In this document: one piece after another, positions 18,588-29,259 of the stretch
How the letters are laid out: every line of letters begins with the position of its first letter
Numbering within the stretch: position 1 is the first letter of the stretch
Origin: Thermoproteota archaeon
GTDB taxonomy: Archaea; Asgardarchaeota; Jordiarchaeia; Jordiarchaeales; Freyrarchaeaceae
Direction of reading: 5' to 3'
Assembly: GCA_029258835.1 (NCBI GenBank)
Contig: JAPDJY010000076.1
Location: 1 to 52,812 of the forward strand
DNA: 52,812 nucleotides
Translations under genes and position numbers: made by a program
Notes under the pieces: model-generated
Told to the model about the DNA's origin: nothing
Databases searched by the model: none
What the model saw: only the letters and a program-made list of their open reading frames with translations

Positions 18588-19158
18588 CGAGATCGAGGAG
18601 GAGATCCTTGCCTTGCGTGTAACCTCTCGCTATTATCACGTCTCCGCTTTTGAGCTTGAATGAGTCGGACGGCGAGTAGAACCACTTGCCTCTCCTCCTG
18701 ACGGCGATTATCCGCATTCCTATCCGGTCATCTAAGGCTACGTCCCCTATGGTTCTCCCTTCCAGCTTGGATCCTGCGCCGACGCACGTCCGCACTATGG
18801 TTTCCTCCGCTTCCTCCATGACCATTTTCAGTATTGGGTGTGGCTCTAGCCCCCTCAGGACTGCATCGGCTATTTCAGCGGCGGCGTCAGCTATGTTTTC
18901 GGATGCAATCCCTATTCTTATGAGGGCTAGCTTCGCGTCGGGGCTTATCACTTCGTCCTCTGCATCTATGACTTTAAGTTCAAAGTTTATGTGGAAGGTG
19001 TCGAAGAGCTCTTCTAGCTCCATTACCTCTTTTGCAATCTCCTTATTGTTGAAGAGAAAGGCTGAGTAGGCGAGGTCAACCATTAGCTCTGAGGTGTTCT
19101 TCATTTCCACGAGCATCTGCTCTATTTCAGCAACCTCGTCCTCCTCCAACCCCATCAT
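18559..19158 (-). CDS. PhoU-like + TrkA-C (RCK_C) domain protein
   Basis: MKNTSELMVDLAYSA, ENIADAA, GMRIIAVRR..GDVIIARG. Confidence 0.85.
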   Translation of the reverse strand: MMGLEEDEVAEIEQMLVEMKNTSELMVDLAYSAFLFNNKEIAKEVMELEELFDTFHINFELKVIDAEDEVISPDAKLALIRIGIASENIADAAAEIADAVLRGLEPHPILKMVMEEAEETIVRTCVGAGSKLEGRTIGDVALDDRIGMRIIAVRRRGKWFYSPSDSFKLKSGDVIIARGYTQGKDLLLDLAKGEKCEVA

Positions 19159-19747
19159 CCCCCTCCGCTAAAGCCTTAAACTCCTGGACGCTTTTACCCG
19201 AGCCTCTAACGATAACCGTGTCGCCGGCGAGCAGCTTGGTGTTCTCCTTAGGGTTAATGTGTAGCTTATCCTTTCTCCTAATGGCTATGACGTCTACTCC
19301 GAGGCGTCCTCTGAAGCTGGCAATCTGCTTATTACAGAGGGGAGAATTCTTTGATATGGTCGCTCTGACCAGCCTTTCCTCCGTCATGCTGAAAGCATGC
19401 GACAGTATTTGGAGGCCTTCCCCTCTAACGATTGTTGAGGCTATGTCCCCGGCGGCGTCGGATATCCTGTTAGCAGCTAAGGCCACCTTCATTATGCCAG
19501 CCATCTTCTCTGCGTCCTCCCTGTCCCTCACCGCGAACGAGGCGCTCATGAACAAGAGGTAAGTTAAGTAGTCTACGCGTTCCTCAAGCTCCAGCACTTC
19601 CTCCCTGAGGTCTGCGTCGTTAAACAAGACTGCCGAGTAGGCTAAGTCGATGGTTAACTCGGAAATGTTCTTAATCGAAGTTAAAATACTTTTAACACTA
19701 AGAGGTTTGTACTCAACTTTTCCCTCAGCCAACCAGTTGCCCTCCAA
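19127..19747 (-). CDS. PhoU-like + TrkA-C domain protein (tandem paralog)
   Basis: IKNISELTIDLAYSA, RISDAAGDIA, GVDVIAIRR..GDTVIVRG. Confidence 0.85.
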   Translation of the reverse strand: MEGNWLAEGKVEYKPLSVKSILTSIKNISELTIDLAYSAVLFNDADLREEVLELEERVDYLTYLLFMSASFAVRDREDAEKMAGIMKVALAANRISDAAGDIASTIVRGEGLQILSHAFSMTEERLVRATISKNSPLCNKQIASFRGRLGVDVIAIRRKDKLHINPKENTKLLAGDTVIVRGSGKSVQEFKALAEGDDGVGGGRGC

Positions 19748-19821
19748 AGAAGAGAAAACTCTTAAACTAGAGTCGGAAATGCAAGAGAAAAGTGTTAAAC
19801 GGTGAGAATTAAACTTTTCGA

Positions 19822-21618
19822 CTATAAAGCTTCAGGAAAGGGCTGATGGGAAGGTTGAGGAGGGTTAATGTATCCTCCCTTAGAGGGGGACGTAGCGGTC
19901 GACGTGTATAGTGCAAGCACACCCCTAGTAAACCTTTTCTTCGGCCTCCATCCCTTTGCCCTTTCCTTTAGGACTGCTTCGATTTCCTCATTTTCCGCCT
20001 CAGACCCCTTTAACCCGACGATGTTAAGTTTACGTTCAGGTATGTCTATCTCGACTAAGTCTTCATCCTCTAGAAAGGCTATTGGCCCTCCTTCCGCAGC
20101 CTCAGGGGACACGTGGCCTATGCATGGTCCCCTGCTTGCCCCTGAAAACCTGCCGTCCGTCACCAGCGCCACGGTCCTGCTAAGCTCCTCATTAGATGCG
20201 ATCGCCTCCGTCACGTAGAACATCTCAGGCATGCCTAGGCCCTTCGGCCCAGCGTACCTTATGACCACGACGTCGCCCCTCGCTATCTCACCGTCGAAAA
20301 TGGCTTTCAACGCTTCCTCCTGAGAGTCGAAGACCTTGGCTGAGCCCTTATGGACCAGCATTTGTGGGTCTACAGCGATCTTCTTGACCACAGCTCCGTC
20401 TGGAGCCAAGTTCCCTCTAAGCACTGCTATGGCTCCTTCCCTGCTTAACGGATCGTTTACGCTTGCCAGAACGTCCCTAACGTTTAACTCGTAGTTTTTC
20501 AGGTATTCCGCTGATTTCTCGAAGAAGCCGGATGACTCAAGCTCTTTAAGGTTTTCTTCGAGTGTTTTCCCTGTGACTGTAAGCTCGTCCATGTGAAGGT
20601 AATCCTTCAACTCTCTTATGACGGCTTGAACTCCGCCAGCATACCAGAACAGGGAGGTTGGATATCTTCCACTTGGCCTACAATTAAGAAGGAAGGGTAT
20701 TTCCCTGTGAAGTTCGTCGAAGAGGTCTATTCCAACGTTGATTCCTGCCTCTCTCGCTATGGCAGGTATGTGGAGGAGCGCGTTGGTTGAGCCGCCTATG
20801 GCTGAGTGGATCATCACAGCGTTCTCTATGGAGTTCCTCGTAACTATTCTCGATGGGGTTAGGTTCTCTTCAACCAACTCCACCACCCTTTTTCCCGCTT
20901 CCCTTGCAAGCCTGTAAAACGAGTTAAGGTAGGCGGGGTGTACGGCTGATGTTGGAAGAGCTAAGCCGAGTGCTTCAGCCATGACCTGCATAGTGTTTGC
21001 GGTTCCCATGAAGGCGCACGCCCCACATGTCGGACATGAGCTACGCGTCTTCGAAAGATACTCTTCGGTTGAAATCTCACCCCTCTTCAGCATGCTGTGG
21101 AAGGTGCCTACTTGCTCGAGCGTCACCATGCCTGGGCCTTCAGCCATAACGCCGCCAGGTACTATAACCGTCGGCATATCGATCCTCATAGCGGCTATGA
21201 GGTGGGCGGGCATAGACTTGTCGCATGAGGAGACTAGAACCAGGCCGTCGAATGGGGACGACAATGCGTGGATTTCAACCATGTAGGCTATGATCTCCCT
21301 CGAAACCAAGCTGAAGTTCATACCCTCATGCCCCTGGGCTACGCCATCACACATGTCGGAGGCGTAAAAGTAGCTTGGCTTCCCGCCCTTCTCGAACACG
21401 CCTAAGCCAACAGCTCTAGAAACCTTGTCCAAGTGTATGCTGCCAGGGTGAGCATACCCATATGTACTCTCAACTATAATTTGAGGCTTACCTAAATCTT
21501 CAATGGTCCAGTCCATGCCGAGCCTGAGCGCGTCAATTTCAGGCGCCTTATCCCTTAAAAGGGTACTTTTAGTTTTCAAACATATCACCTTAAAGGAGAA
21601 ATGAGAGACTGATGCCAT
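19822..21618 (-). CDS. ilvD: Dihydroxy-acid dehydratase (IlvD/Edd family)
   Basis: CDGVAQGH, SCDKSMP, CGACAFMGTANTM, GGSTN, GMPEM, TDGRFSG, HVSPEA; true start probably a few codons in. Confidence 0.9.
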   Translation of the reverse strand: MASVSHFSFKVICLKTKSTLLRDKAPEIDALRLGMDWTIEDLGKPQIIVESTYGYAHPGSIHLDKVSRAVGLGVFEKGGKPSYFYASDMCDGVAQGHEGMNFSLVSREIIAYMVEIHALSSPFDGLVLVSSCDKSMPAHLIAAMRIDMPTVIVPGGVMAEGPGMVTLEQVGTFHSMLKRGEISTEEYLSKTRSSCPTCGACAFMGTANTMQVMAEALGLALPTSAVHPAYLNSFYRLAREAGKRVVELVEENLTPSRIVTRNSIENAVMIHSAIGGSTNALLHIPAIAREAGINVGIDLFDELHREIPFLLNCRPSGRYPTSLFWYAGGVQAVIRELKDYLHMDELTVTGKTLEENLKELESSGFFEKSAEYLKNYELNVRDVLASVNDPLSREGAIAVLRGNLAPDGAVVKKIAVDPQMLVHKGSAKVFDSQEEALKAIFDGEIARGDVVVIRYAGPKGLGMPEMFYVTEAIASNEELSRTVALVTDGRFSGASRGPCIGHVSPEAAEGGPIAFLEDEDLVEIDIPERKLNIVGLKGSEAENEEIEAVLKERAKGWRPKKRFTRGVLALYTSTATSPSKGGYINPPQPSHQPFPEAL

Positions 21619-21695
21619 TTAAACCTTAAACTAATTATTTTTAGTTGAGCATCGCTTGAGGTTTTACATTGGTTGGCGGTGGGATGGATGTTAAC

Positions 21696-22364
21696 TCAAT
21701 CGTCAACTAGCTTCTGAAGCGTGTAGAGGCTGTTGAGGTACATGTCAGGTTTAACTCTTAATCTTACGTGTGGGCGTTTAATTACAGCTACCGTCGAGCC
21801 AGCGTTTCTACCGGCTAGGACGTCGGCGTCGCTATCACCAACCATTAAGCCGTCTGATGGATGACATCCTAACACTTTAAAGGCTTCCAGAACACCGGTT
21901 GCCTCCGGCTTCGCGTCTTCTTGCCTTTCAGTTCCCAGGGCTATTATAACGTCGAAGTATTTCTCAAGGTTGAACGATTTAACCTCTAGGAGGGTTACTC
22001 TAGGAGAGGTGTTTGTAACCAAGCCCAGGGGAACTGTAAGGTGGAGGTTTTCAAGCGACTCTACGTCTACGTAGGGTTTTATCGCTCCCTTCCTTATTAA
22101 GCGTGATCTAAGCTTTAAGTCGAATTCGTCAAACGTACGCCAGAAGAGACCTGGGTCAGTTACACCCCATGATTTGAGGATCCTCCAGTGTTCTCGCCCG
22201 CTAACCCAGAGCCTTAACCGTTCCCTGCGTGGAGGAGGAGGTAAGCATAGTTTCCTGAGTGTTTCAACGAGGATAGAGTCAAAAAAATCAGGTGAAGGCA
22301 TTCGGATCAGGGTTCCATCAAGGTCAAAAAGGATCGCGTGAAACCCTCTAGCCATTTCAACCAC
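21696..22364 (-). CDS. HAD-superfamily hydrolase (class IA)
   Basis: FDLDGTL, VTN, KPEA, VGDSDADV. Confidence 0.85.
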   Translation of the reverse strand: MVEMARGFHAILFDLDGTLIRMPSPDFFDSILVETLRKLCLPPPPRRERLRLWVSGREHWRILKSWGVTDPGLFWRTFDEFDLKLRSRLIRKGAIKPYVDVESLENLHLTVPLGLVTNTSPRVTLLEVKSFNLEKYFDVIIALGTERQEDAKPEATGVLEAFKVLGCHPSDGLMVGDSDADVLAGRNAGSTVAVIKRPHVRLRVKPDMYLNSLYTLQKLVDD

Positions 22365-22383
22365 TTAGGCTCTATAACGTAAA

Positions 22384-23502
22384 TTAAAGGTGAGATGCTA
22401 CCAGGTCAACGAGGTCACATACTTTCAGTGGTGATTCAAGCCTTTTCGCAGCAAGGTCAAGGTTTGTTCTGCAGAGAGGGCAGCTCGTGACTAGCAACTT
22501 GGCGCCTGTAGCCTCTGCTTCACGGATCCTCTTTTCGGCTATTCGAACAGCCGACTCGGGTTTAAACGTGAAGTATCCTCCTCCGCCTCCGCAGCAGTTA
22601 GCAGCGTCACGGTTATGTTCCATTTCTACAAGTTCAACTCCCGGTATAGCTTTTATCACGTCTCTCGGAGGATCATATAGTCCGCAATGCCTCCCCATGT
22701 GACATGGATCGTGATAGGTTACAGTAAGCTCTCCTTTATCCTTTAATTGAAGCTCCCCTGCTTTAACCAGGTCTCTTATGACTTCTGAAATATGCTTAAC
22801 GTTAAAGCCGAAGTTTTCAAGCAGCTCAGGGTATGCCTTAGTGAACGTCGAGTAGCAGCCGGCGCACGGCGTTATCACGGTTGACGCTCCCACCTTATCG
22901 AATATTGCAACGTTTTCCTCAGCTAGTGCTTTAGCGGTCTCCAGCTTCCCATCCCAGTAAGGGTGCATTCCGCAACAGATCTCCTCCTTTGACACGGTGA
23001 AGTCGACGCCGGCAGCACTCAAAATGGACACGGCACCTTTAGACGTTTCCGGTTGACGGAAAGAGTTTACGCATCCAATGTAGAGAAGGTTGTCTGCCTT
23101 CCCGGGGAGCGCCACGTCAAGCCACTGGAAGCGCTCGTCCTGCGTTCCAGCGTAAGGGTTCTTATATCTCTCTATGCGAGCGTCGAGCTTCCTGTTAGGC
23201 GGCGGGGGGCCTATACCCTTCTCAGCAAATGCCTTTCTAGCGGCCAGGAAAACGTCGAGGGGGTCTATTTCAGCGTCACAGTTAATGTTGCACAGCGCAC
23301 AGGACGTACAAGAGTATATTTTCTCGATGACTTCTGGCGTGGGTTCAAGTAAGTTGTACACTATACCTCTTAGAAGGGTCATTTTGCCACGCGGCGAGTC
23401 TGACTCCCATCTGGTTAAGCTGTAAACGGGGCATGTGACTCTACACCATGCGCAAAGGTTACACATGGCGATCTTGGTTTTAAACTCCTCCAGTTTCTCC
23501 AC
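22384..23502 (-). CDS. Fe-S oxidoreductase, GlcF/HdrD-like (2x[4Fe-4S] + two CCG domains)
   Basis: CNLCAWCRVTCP, CTSCALCNINC, EICCG, YHDPCH, NCCGGGG, SCPLC. Confidence 0.88.
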   Translation of the reverse strand: MEKLEEFKTKIAMCNLCAWCRVTCPVYSLTRWESDSPRGKMTLLRGIVYNLLEPTPEVIEKIYSCTSCALCNINCDAEIDPLDVFLAARKAFAEKGIGPPPPNRKLDARIERYKNPYAGTQDERFQWLDVALPGKADNLLYIGCVNSFRQPETSKGAVSILSAAGVDFTVSKEEICCGMHPYWDGKLETAKALAEENVAIFDKVGASTVITPCAGCYSTFTKAYPELLENFGFNVKHISEVIRDLVKAGELQLKDKGELTVTYHDPCHMGRHCGLYDPPRDVIKAIPGVELVEMEHNRDAANCCGGGGGYFTFKPESAVRIAEKRIREAEATGAKLLVTSCPLCRTNLDLAAKRLESPLKVCDLVDLVASHL

Positions 23503-23504
23503 GC

Positions 23505-24938
23505 TTACACCACCGGCATGTAGACAAATTCGTCTTCGGGTATTTCGATGAGGCCCATTACTCCAGGATTCATTATGCCGTTTGGGTCAAAGATCTTCTT
23601 GATCTCCCTCATGTACCGGAGCGTGTCACCGTGCTCTAGCTCCACGAGGCTGGACTTGGTTACGCCCAGCCCGTGCTCTGCTGAGAGGGTGCCACCATAC
23701 TTCTTTACGACGGCCTCCGCCAGCTCCCTAGCAAACTTAACCCCTACTTTCCTGTCCTCCTCGCTCCACGGGTTAATCGCTGTGCCAAAATGAATGTTAC
23801 CATCACCTATGTGGCCAAACATCACTATAAGACGGCCGTATCTTTGCGCAATCGACTTAAACTCTCGGACAACATCCGGGATCTTGCTTATTGGGACGGC
23901 GAAATCTTGTATGTTGTTAAGAGGGATGTTTTCACCTCTGATCTTGGCGAGCAAGTTGTAGAGGGTGTGGCGTAACCCCATGAGCTCCTCTATCCTCTCA
24001 GGATCTGTGGTGTAAACGACTTTCTGGGCGCCCTTTTCCTCGCAGATCTCCTTAACCCGCTTGCTCTCCTCCGCCACTGGGCTTTCACTGTAGCCATCGT
24101 TTTCTATGAATAGCAGCGCTTCGCCTGTTGGAAGCTTTTCCTCTAAAACGTTGTTTAATATCATTATGCATAGGTCGTCGAGGATCTCCATCGCGGAGGG
24201 CATAATCCCCTGCCTTATTATCTCCGTACTGGCTTCTAAGGCCTGCTCTAGCTTCTCAAAAACCGGAACAGTTAAACCGTAATAGCGTGGTTTGGGTGTA
24301 ATCTTCAAAATTATTTCGGTGAAGACGCCGAGAGACCCCTCAGAGCCAACCATAAGCTTCGTTAAATTGTAGCCTGAAGACGATTTCCAAACTCTCCCTC
24401 CCGTTCTGATCACCTTCCCCCCGGGGAGGACGACCTCTAAGCCCAGCACGTGGTCGACGGTTGCCCCATACTTTAGCGCCCGGATGCCGCTCGCGTTGTT
24501 GGCGACCATGCCTCCAACGGTACATGATATGGCTGAGCCAGGGTCAGGCGGGAAAACGTAGCCAAGCTTCCCCAGCTCCCTGTTGAGCTCATCGTATATT
24601 ACGCCCGGCTCGACGACAGCCACCCTATCCTCCAAGCTTATCTCTTTGATCCTGTCCATTTTACACATGTCAAGCACGACTCCCCCCTTAACAGGTACAG
24701 CCTGGCCGCTCAGGCTTGTTCCAGCCCCTCGAGGGACGATGGGAACCCTATTTTCATTCGCCCACTTCAATATCTCGACGACTTCCTCCCTACTCTCAGG
24801 CCTCGCAACAGCTGTTGGTAGAGACATGCGTAGCGACGCGTCCATTGAGTATGCGTATAGGTCCGCTGCGTTCACTGTTACATCGTCTTCTCCAACCACC
24901 CCTGCAAGGAAGCGATAAATTTCCTCTTGGCTTAACAT
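23505..24938 (-). CDS. FAD-linked 2-hydroxyacid oxidase/dehydrogenase (GlcD / D-lactate dehydrogenase family)
   Basis: PRGAGTSLSG, PPDPGS, GSEGSLG, GHIGDGNIH, AEHGLG, DPNGIMNPG. Confidence 0.9.
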   Translation of the reverse strand: MLSQEEIYRFLAGVVGEDDVTVNAADLYAYSMDASLRMSLPTAVARPESREEVVEILKWANENRVPIVPRGAGTSLSGQAVPVKGGVVLDMCKMDRIKEISLEDRVAVVEPGVIYDELNRELGKLGYVFPPDPGSAISCTVGGMVANNASGIRALKYGATVDHVLGLEVVLPGGKVIRTGGRVWKSSSGYNLTKLMVGSEGSLGVFTEIILKITPKPRYYGLTVPVFEKLEQALEASTEIIRQGIMPSAMEILDDLCIMILNNVLEEKLPTGEALLFIENDGYSESPVAEESKRVKEICEEKGAQKVVYTTDPERIEELMGLRHTLYNLLAKIRGENIPLNNIQDFAVPISKIPDVVREFKSIAQRYGRLIVMFGHIGDGNIHFGTAINPWSEEDRKVGVKFARELAEAVVKKYGGTLSAEHGLGVTKSSLVELEHGDTLRYMREIKKIFDPNGIMNPGVMGLIEIPEDEFVYMPVV

Positions 24939-25145
24939 TCGAAGACACCTCTCCCAGTCTGGCGTTTAGACATTAAATGGTAAACGTAAAGATATATGTT
25001 TCTTAGGATCCCTCAGCGGCCTCTCACGTTACGACCGCCTCAACTTTCAACCGGCTTGCCAATTGCAGGGAAGGAAATATTTTAGAGGAGAGGCTAAACC
25101 CTAAGTTTAACATGCCTTTAGATAGGATTCCTTGGAGGAAGGAAG

Positions 25146-25442
25146 GTGGAAGTTAGAGGTGTGGTGGGGCTGGCGCTTATCGCCATGCTAATGGCGCCTT
25201 TAGCCATTGGGGCAACCTCTCTAATCTTACCCTACCTTGGCGACGTGGCAGGGTGCGGTTACGTTTCCGCTTCAATAGGACTTACCCCTCCTGTAAGGGA
25301 CATGATTATCGCCTACCTGTACTCAGTTATGCTGAAGTACTTTGCTGATAGGCAGAGAACAAACTTAATTATCATAGGAGTAGTGGCGTTGGTTCTCTTC
25401 GGGGTGCTCATAGCTGCGGTAGTGTACGCAGCTAAAACATAA
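25146..25442 (+). CDS. Small membrane protein
   Basis: Hydrophobic N- and C-terminal segments; purine-rich RBS-like sequence upstream; T-run downstream. Confidence 0.6.
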   Translation: MEVRGVVGLALIAMLMAPLAIGATSLILPYLGDVAGCGYVSASIGLTPPVRDMIIAYLYSVMLKYFADRQRTNLIIIGVVALVLFGVLIAAVVYAAKT

Positions 25443-25681
25443 AACACCTACTCTTTTTTGGATAACGGGGGACAGAAAAAGTTAAGTTGATGTTTAAGGA
25501 TAGAGTGGGTTGTTAGGGCTTAGTAATGGCGTTACACGGTTAACAAACGATTCACTTCCCCCTATAAAACTTCGTTCCCTATAGAAGGAGGGTGGAGGGG
25601 GCCGCTGAAAAACTTATTTTTATATACTCTTCTGATGTCGTTTAAGCCGGGAGATACCTCTGCTATGCGGGAGGTTTACTG

Positions 25682-27649
25682 TTGGATGCGAGGATTGGAG
25701 TGTACGTTTGCCACTGTGGCACAAACATAGCGGGTGTAGTTGACGTTGATGAGGTGGTTAAACATGCATCTACACTTCCCGGAGTCGTCATAGCGAGAGA
25801 CATAATGTATACTTGCTCTGATCAAGGGCAGAACACGATAAAGGAGGATATAAGGAAGCAGAGTTTAAACCGTGTTGTCATCGCCGCTTGCTCCCCTAAG
25901 ATGCATGAAGGTACGTTCAGGAGAACCATCGAGGCTGCCGGGCTTAACCCGTACCTGTTAGAGGTAGCGAACATTAGAGAGCAATGCTCATGGGCTCACC
26001 CAAACGAGAGGGAGAAGGCTACTGAGAAGGCGAAAGCGCTCGTTAGAGCTGCTGTAGCGAAGGCGCGCTTACTGGAGCCCCTTGAAAGGAGGAAGATACC
26101 GGTTGAAAAGTCGGTTCTCGTCATTGGAGGAGGTATAGCAGGGATCCAAGCTTCACTAGACTTGGCGGAGGCTGGGATGAAGGTTTATCTTGTTGAAAAG
26201 TCGCCGAGCATAGGGGGCCATATGGCCCAGCTTAACAAAACTTTTCCAACCATTGACTGCTCAGCGTGCATTTTAACGCCTAGGATGGTTGACGTTGCAA
26301 ACCATCCTAACATAACCCTGCTAACATATAGCGAAGTGGTTGGCGTCGAGGGATACGTTGGAAACTTTGAAGTTACCATATTGAGGAAGGCGAGGTACGT
26401 TGAGGAAGACCTGTGCGCTGGGTGTGGGATGTGCGCTGAGGCGTGCCCTAGGAGGGTTCCAAACGAGTTCGACATGGGGCTTAGCATGAGGAAGGCGATC
26501 TATATCCCCTTCCCCCAGGCTGTACCACTCAAGTACACTATAGACCCGGAGCACTGCCTCTACCTGACACGGGGGAGGTGCAGGAGGTGTGAGGAGGCTT
26601 GCCCCCGGGGAGCCATAAACTTCAACCAGAAAGACGAGGAGGTTAAGGTGAAAGTTGGCGCGATAATAGTTGCCACGGGGTACAGGGTTTTTGACGCGAG
26701 AAAGATACCTTCACTCGGGTATGGAAGATACAGGAATGTGATAACCGGGTTGGAGCTGGAGAGGCTTTCCAGCGCCTCCGGGCCGACTGGAGGAAAGGTT
26801 TTAACGGCTTCGGGTGAGAAGCCTAGGAGTGTTGCTTTCATCCAGTGCGTCGGCTCAAGGGACGTTAAGCATAACAGCTGGTGTTGCAGGGTGGGTTGCA
26901 TGGCAACGCTAAAGCAGGCATTCCTCCTTAAAGAGGAAGATCCTGAGGTTGAAGTCTACGTGTGCTACATAGATTTGAGGGCGTCGGGGAAGGGATACGA
27001 GGAGTTTTACCGGAGGGTGAGGGACATGGGGGTTCGCTTCATACGTGGAACACCGTCTGAGGTGTTCGAGAACTCCGACGGGACGCTGACCATTAGGGTC
27101 TTCGACGAATCAATAGGGAGGATTTTAAATCTTAAAGTTGACATGGTGGTTCTTCAAGTAGGCATAGAGCCAGTGGAGGACGCCGTTAAACTTCAAAGGA
27201 TTCTTAACGCCCCTATAGGCGCTGAAGGGTTCTTCTTGGAGGCACACCCGAAACTTCAACCGGTCGAGTCGCATACGAGGGGCATCTTCATGGCTGGCTG
27301 CTGTCATGGCCCTAAGGACATAGCGGAGACTGTGGCCCATGCGAGCGCCGCCGCAGCCAAGGCGATAGGCCTCCTATCTAGGGGAATGGTCGAAGTTGAG
27401 CCATTAATAGCTCAGGTAAACCAGGAGATATGTAGTGGGTGTGAAATATGCCTCAGCGTATGCCCTTATGGAGCGATCCAGATGGAAGAAAAGATGGGTG
27501 AAAATGGGGGTAAGAGGGCTAAGGTTATCGAGGCGCTTTGCCGCGGCTGCGGCGCTTGCGTGGCGGCTTGCCCGTCTAACGCCATAAAAGTGCACGGGTT
27601 CACTGATGAGCAAATCATGGCTCAGGTTGAAGCCATAGTGAAGGGGTGA
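25682..27649 (+). CDS. hdrA: Heterodisulfide reductase subunit A
   Basis: IGVYVCHCGTNI, AACSP, ANIREQCSW, GGGIAG, FPTIDCSACILTP, ferredoxin motifs, QCVGSRD, EAHPKL, GPKDI. Confidence 0.95.
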   Translation: MDARIGVYVCHCGTNIAGVVDVDEVVKHASTLPGVVIARDIMYTCSDQGQNTIKEDIRKQSLNRVVIAACSPKMHEGTFRRTIEAAGLNPYLLEVANIREQCSWAHPNEREKATEKAKALVRAAVAKARLLEPLERRKIPVEKSVLVIGGGIAGIQASLDLAEAGMKVYLVEKSPSIGGHMAQLNKTFPTIDCSACILTPRMVDVANHPNITLLTYSEVVGVEGYVGNFEVTILRKARYVEEDLCAGCGMCAEACPRRVPNEFDMGLSMRKAIYIPFPQAVPLKYTIDPEHCLYLTRGRCRRCEEACPRGAINFNQKDEEVKVKVGAIIVATGYRVFDARKIPSLGYGRYRNVITGLELERLSSASGPTGGKVLTASGEKPRSVAFIQCVGSRDVKHNSWCCRVGCMATLKQAFLLKEEDPEVEVYVCYIDLRASGKGYEEFYRRVRDMGVRFIRGTPSEVFENSDGTLTIRVFDESIGRILNLKVDMVVLQVGIEPVEDAVKLQRILNAPIGAEGFFLEAHPKLQPVESHTRGIFMAGCCHGPKDIAETVAHASAAAAKAIGLLSRGMVEVEPLIAQVNQEICSGCEICLSVCPYGAIQMEEKMGENGGKRAKVIEALCRGCGACVAACPSNAIKVHGFTDEQIMAQVEAIVKG

Positions 27650-28101
27650 GAAGGGTGGAGGGTTCAGTGTATGAGCCTGTGATTGTAGCTTTTCTATGTA
27701 ACTGGTGTAGCTACGGGGGAGCAGACCTAGCTGGCATGAGCCGGATAGAGTACCCGGCTAACATACGTGTGATAAGAGTTATGTGTAGTAGCAGAGTTGA
27801 CCCGGTTCACGTGTTATACGCCCTTAGGATGGGGGCTGATGGTGTTCTAGTTTCAGGATGCCACCCGGGAGATTGCCATTACGTTAACGGAAACTACCGG
27901 GCGGAGCGCAGGTTTGCCCTCTTAAGGTTTATGCTTAAGCAGCTGGGGGTTGAGCCTGAAAGGGTGCGGGTGGAATGGGTTTCGTCATCTGAAGGAGAAA
28001 GGTTCGCTAGGATAGTTAGGGAGTTCGTTGAGGAGTTGAGGGTGCTAGGCCCATCACCCTTAAAAAGGTTTCTGGGCGATGGCGAACCCGGGACACGATA
28101 A
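27646..28101 (+). CDS. mvhD: MvhD [2Fe-2S] subunit
   Basis: FLCNWCSYGGAD, IRVMCSSR, GCHPGDCHY..GN. Confidence 0.95.
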   Translation: MRRVEGSVYEPVIVAFLCNWCSYGGADLAGMSRIEYPANIRVIRVMCSSRVDPVHVLYALRMGADGVLVSGCHPGDCHYVNGNYRAERRFALLRFMLKQLGVEPERVRVEWVSSSEGERFARIVREFVEELRVLGPSPLKRFLGDGEPGTR

Positions 28102-28749
28102 AGTCATGTGTGTAGATTGGGACGGATGCTGTTAGTTCATTTCTAACCTCTATAATTCACCATGTCCACGTTACTTGAGGGTTAAACTTGTTCAAGGTTC
28201 CCTTTGATGGGTAAAAACCTACCTTGTCTTCCTCCTTTTTTTATGTTGAGCCTTCACGTCAGCAGCCTGCATCGGCAGTTGAAGGTCTCGATAACGGCGG
28301 CGGGGAGGGGAAGGGAGTGGGAGCTGCTGGAAGAAGATAGGATGGGAGTCTTAAGCAGGGAACCGGTGGTGTCTGGTTCCCGAGAGTAGCTCTAGTGGAG
28401 GAATTCGCTTCTGCGAGTAAGTAAGGTAGAGGGGGCGGAGGTGGCGCGTAGCTGATAGCTGTTTAAGGAATGGTGCTCGTGAAAGTTGGAGGTATAGGTG
28501 TGGAGAGGTAGTCTCCCGGAAGGCTCCTTAAAGGGTTCCGTAAACATTAATGGGTTGAAGGTGGGCTACGTCTTTCAATCCATGCTTTTATGGCTAAACT
28601 TCTTTAACATGCAGGGTGTATGGGTTGGAGGGCTATCTGACTGGGGTGGACGTATACTTTTTAAGTGGAGGCCACGTTAATGATGATGGAGGCTTTCTCA
28701 GGGTTTAATCGTTGATTTTAAGCAGTAGGCATGTGGGGGTAAGAGAAGA

Positions 28750-29259
28750 GTGGATACGTCAACTCTCTCGGAGGCAGACGAGTTATTGGGAAAGATGAAG
28801 GAGACTGTTGCGGAGTTAACCCCATTCGTCTGCTATAACTGCACTAGGTGTTCTTCGGGTTGCCTTGCCGTTGAAACGGGGTGCACGCCTCACAGGATCA
28901 TCCAGCTCTTCAGGCTTGGGCTACTAAGAGAAGTCGAGGAGGGTATCTGGAGTTGCTTTTTCTGTTTAAAGTGTGATGTCCGCTGCCCTCAGGAGGCTAA
29001 ACCGGCGACGTTAATCTTAGCCATAAGAAACCTTCTGGTCAGTAGAGGGAGTGGCCCTCCAAAGGGGTACAGGGTTATGCTTGAAAACGTGGAAAAGTAC
29101 TCCACGATTCAGCAGCCGCAGGAAACGATGAACAAAGACTTCGACTTTGTCTCCAGAGGCGATCTGGGACTGCCTGAAATGAAGACGCCTAACATGGAGG
29201 TTTTCAGGCGGAACTTAAGGAAGATAGAGCCAAGGCTTCTTGGAGGTGGAGAGAGGTGA
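28750..29259 (+). CDS. hdrC: Heterodisulfide reductase subunit C-like
   Basis: CYNCTRCSSGC and CFFCLKCDVRCPQ; overlaps hdrB start. Confidence 0.85.
   Translation: MDTSTLSEADELLGKMKETVAELTPFVCYNCTRCSSGCLAVETGCTPHRIIQLFRLGLLREVEEGIWSCFFCLKCDVRCPQEAKPATLILAIRNLLVSRGSGPPKGYRVMLENVEKYSTIQQPQETMNKDFDFVSRGDLGLPEMKTPNMEVFRRNLRKIEPRLLGGGER

Noticed and set aside
18559-19747. Tandem PhoU/TrkA-C paralogs as a split or intron-containing gene
   Set aside because: Each ORF has a complete PhoU + TrkA-C unit and such pairs are common in archaea; no insert at the junction
25682-28101. Selenoprotein forms of HdrA/MvhD
   Set aside because: Both ORFs are uninterrupted and use Cys codons at the motif positions
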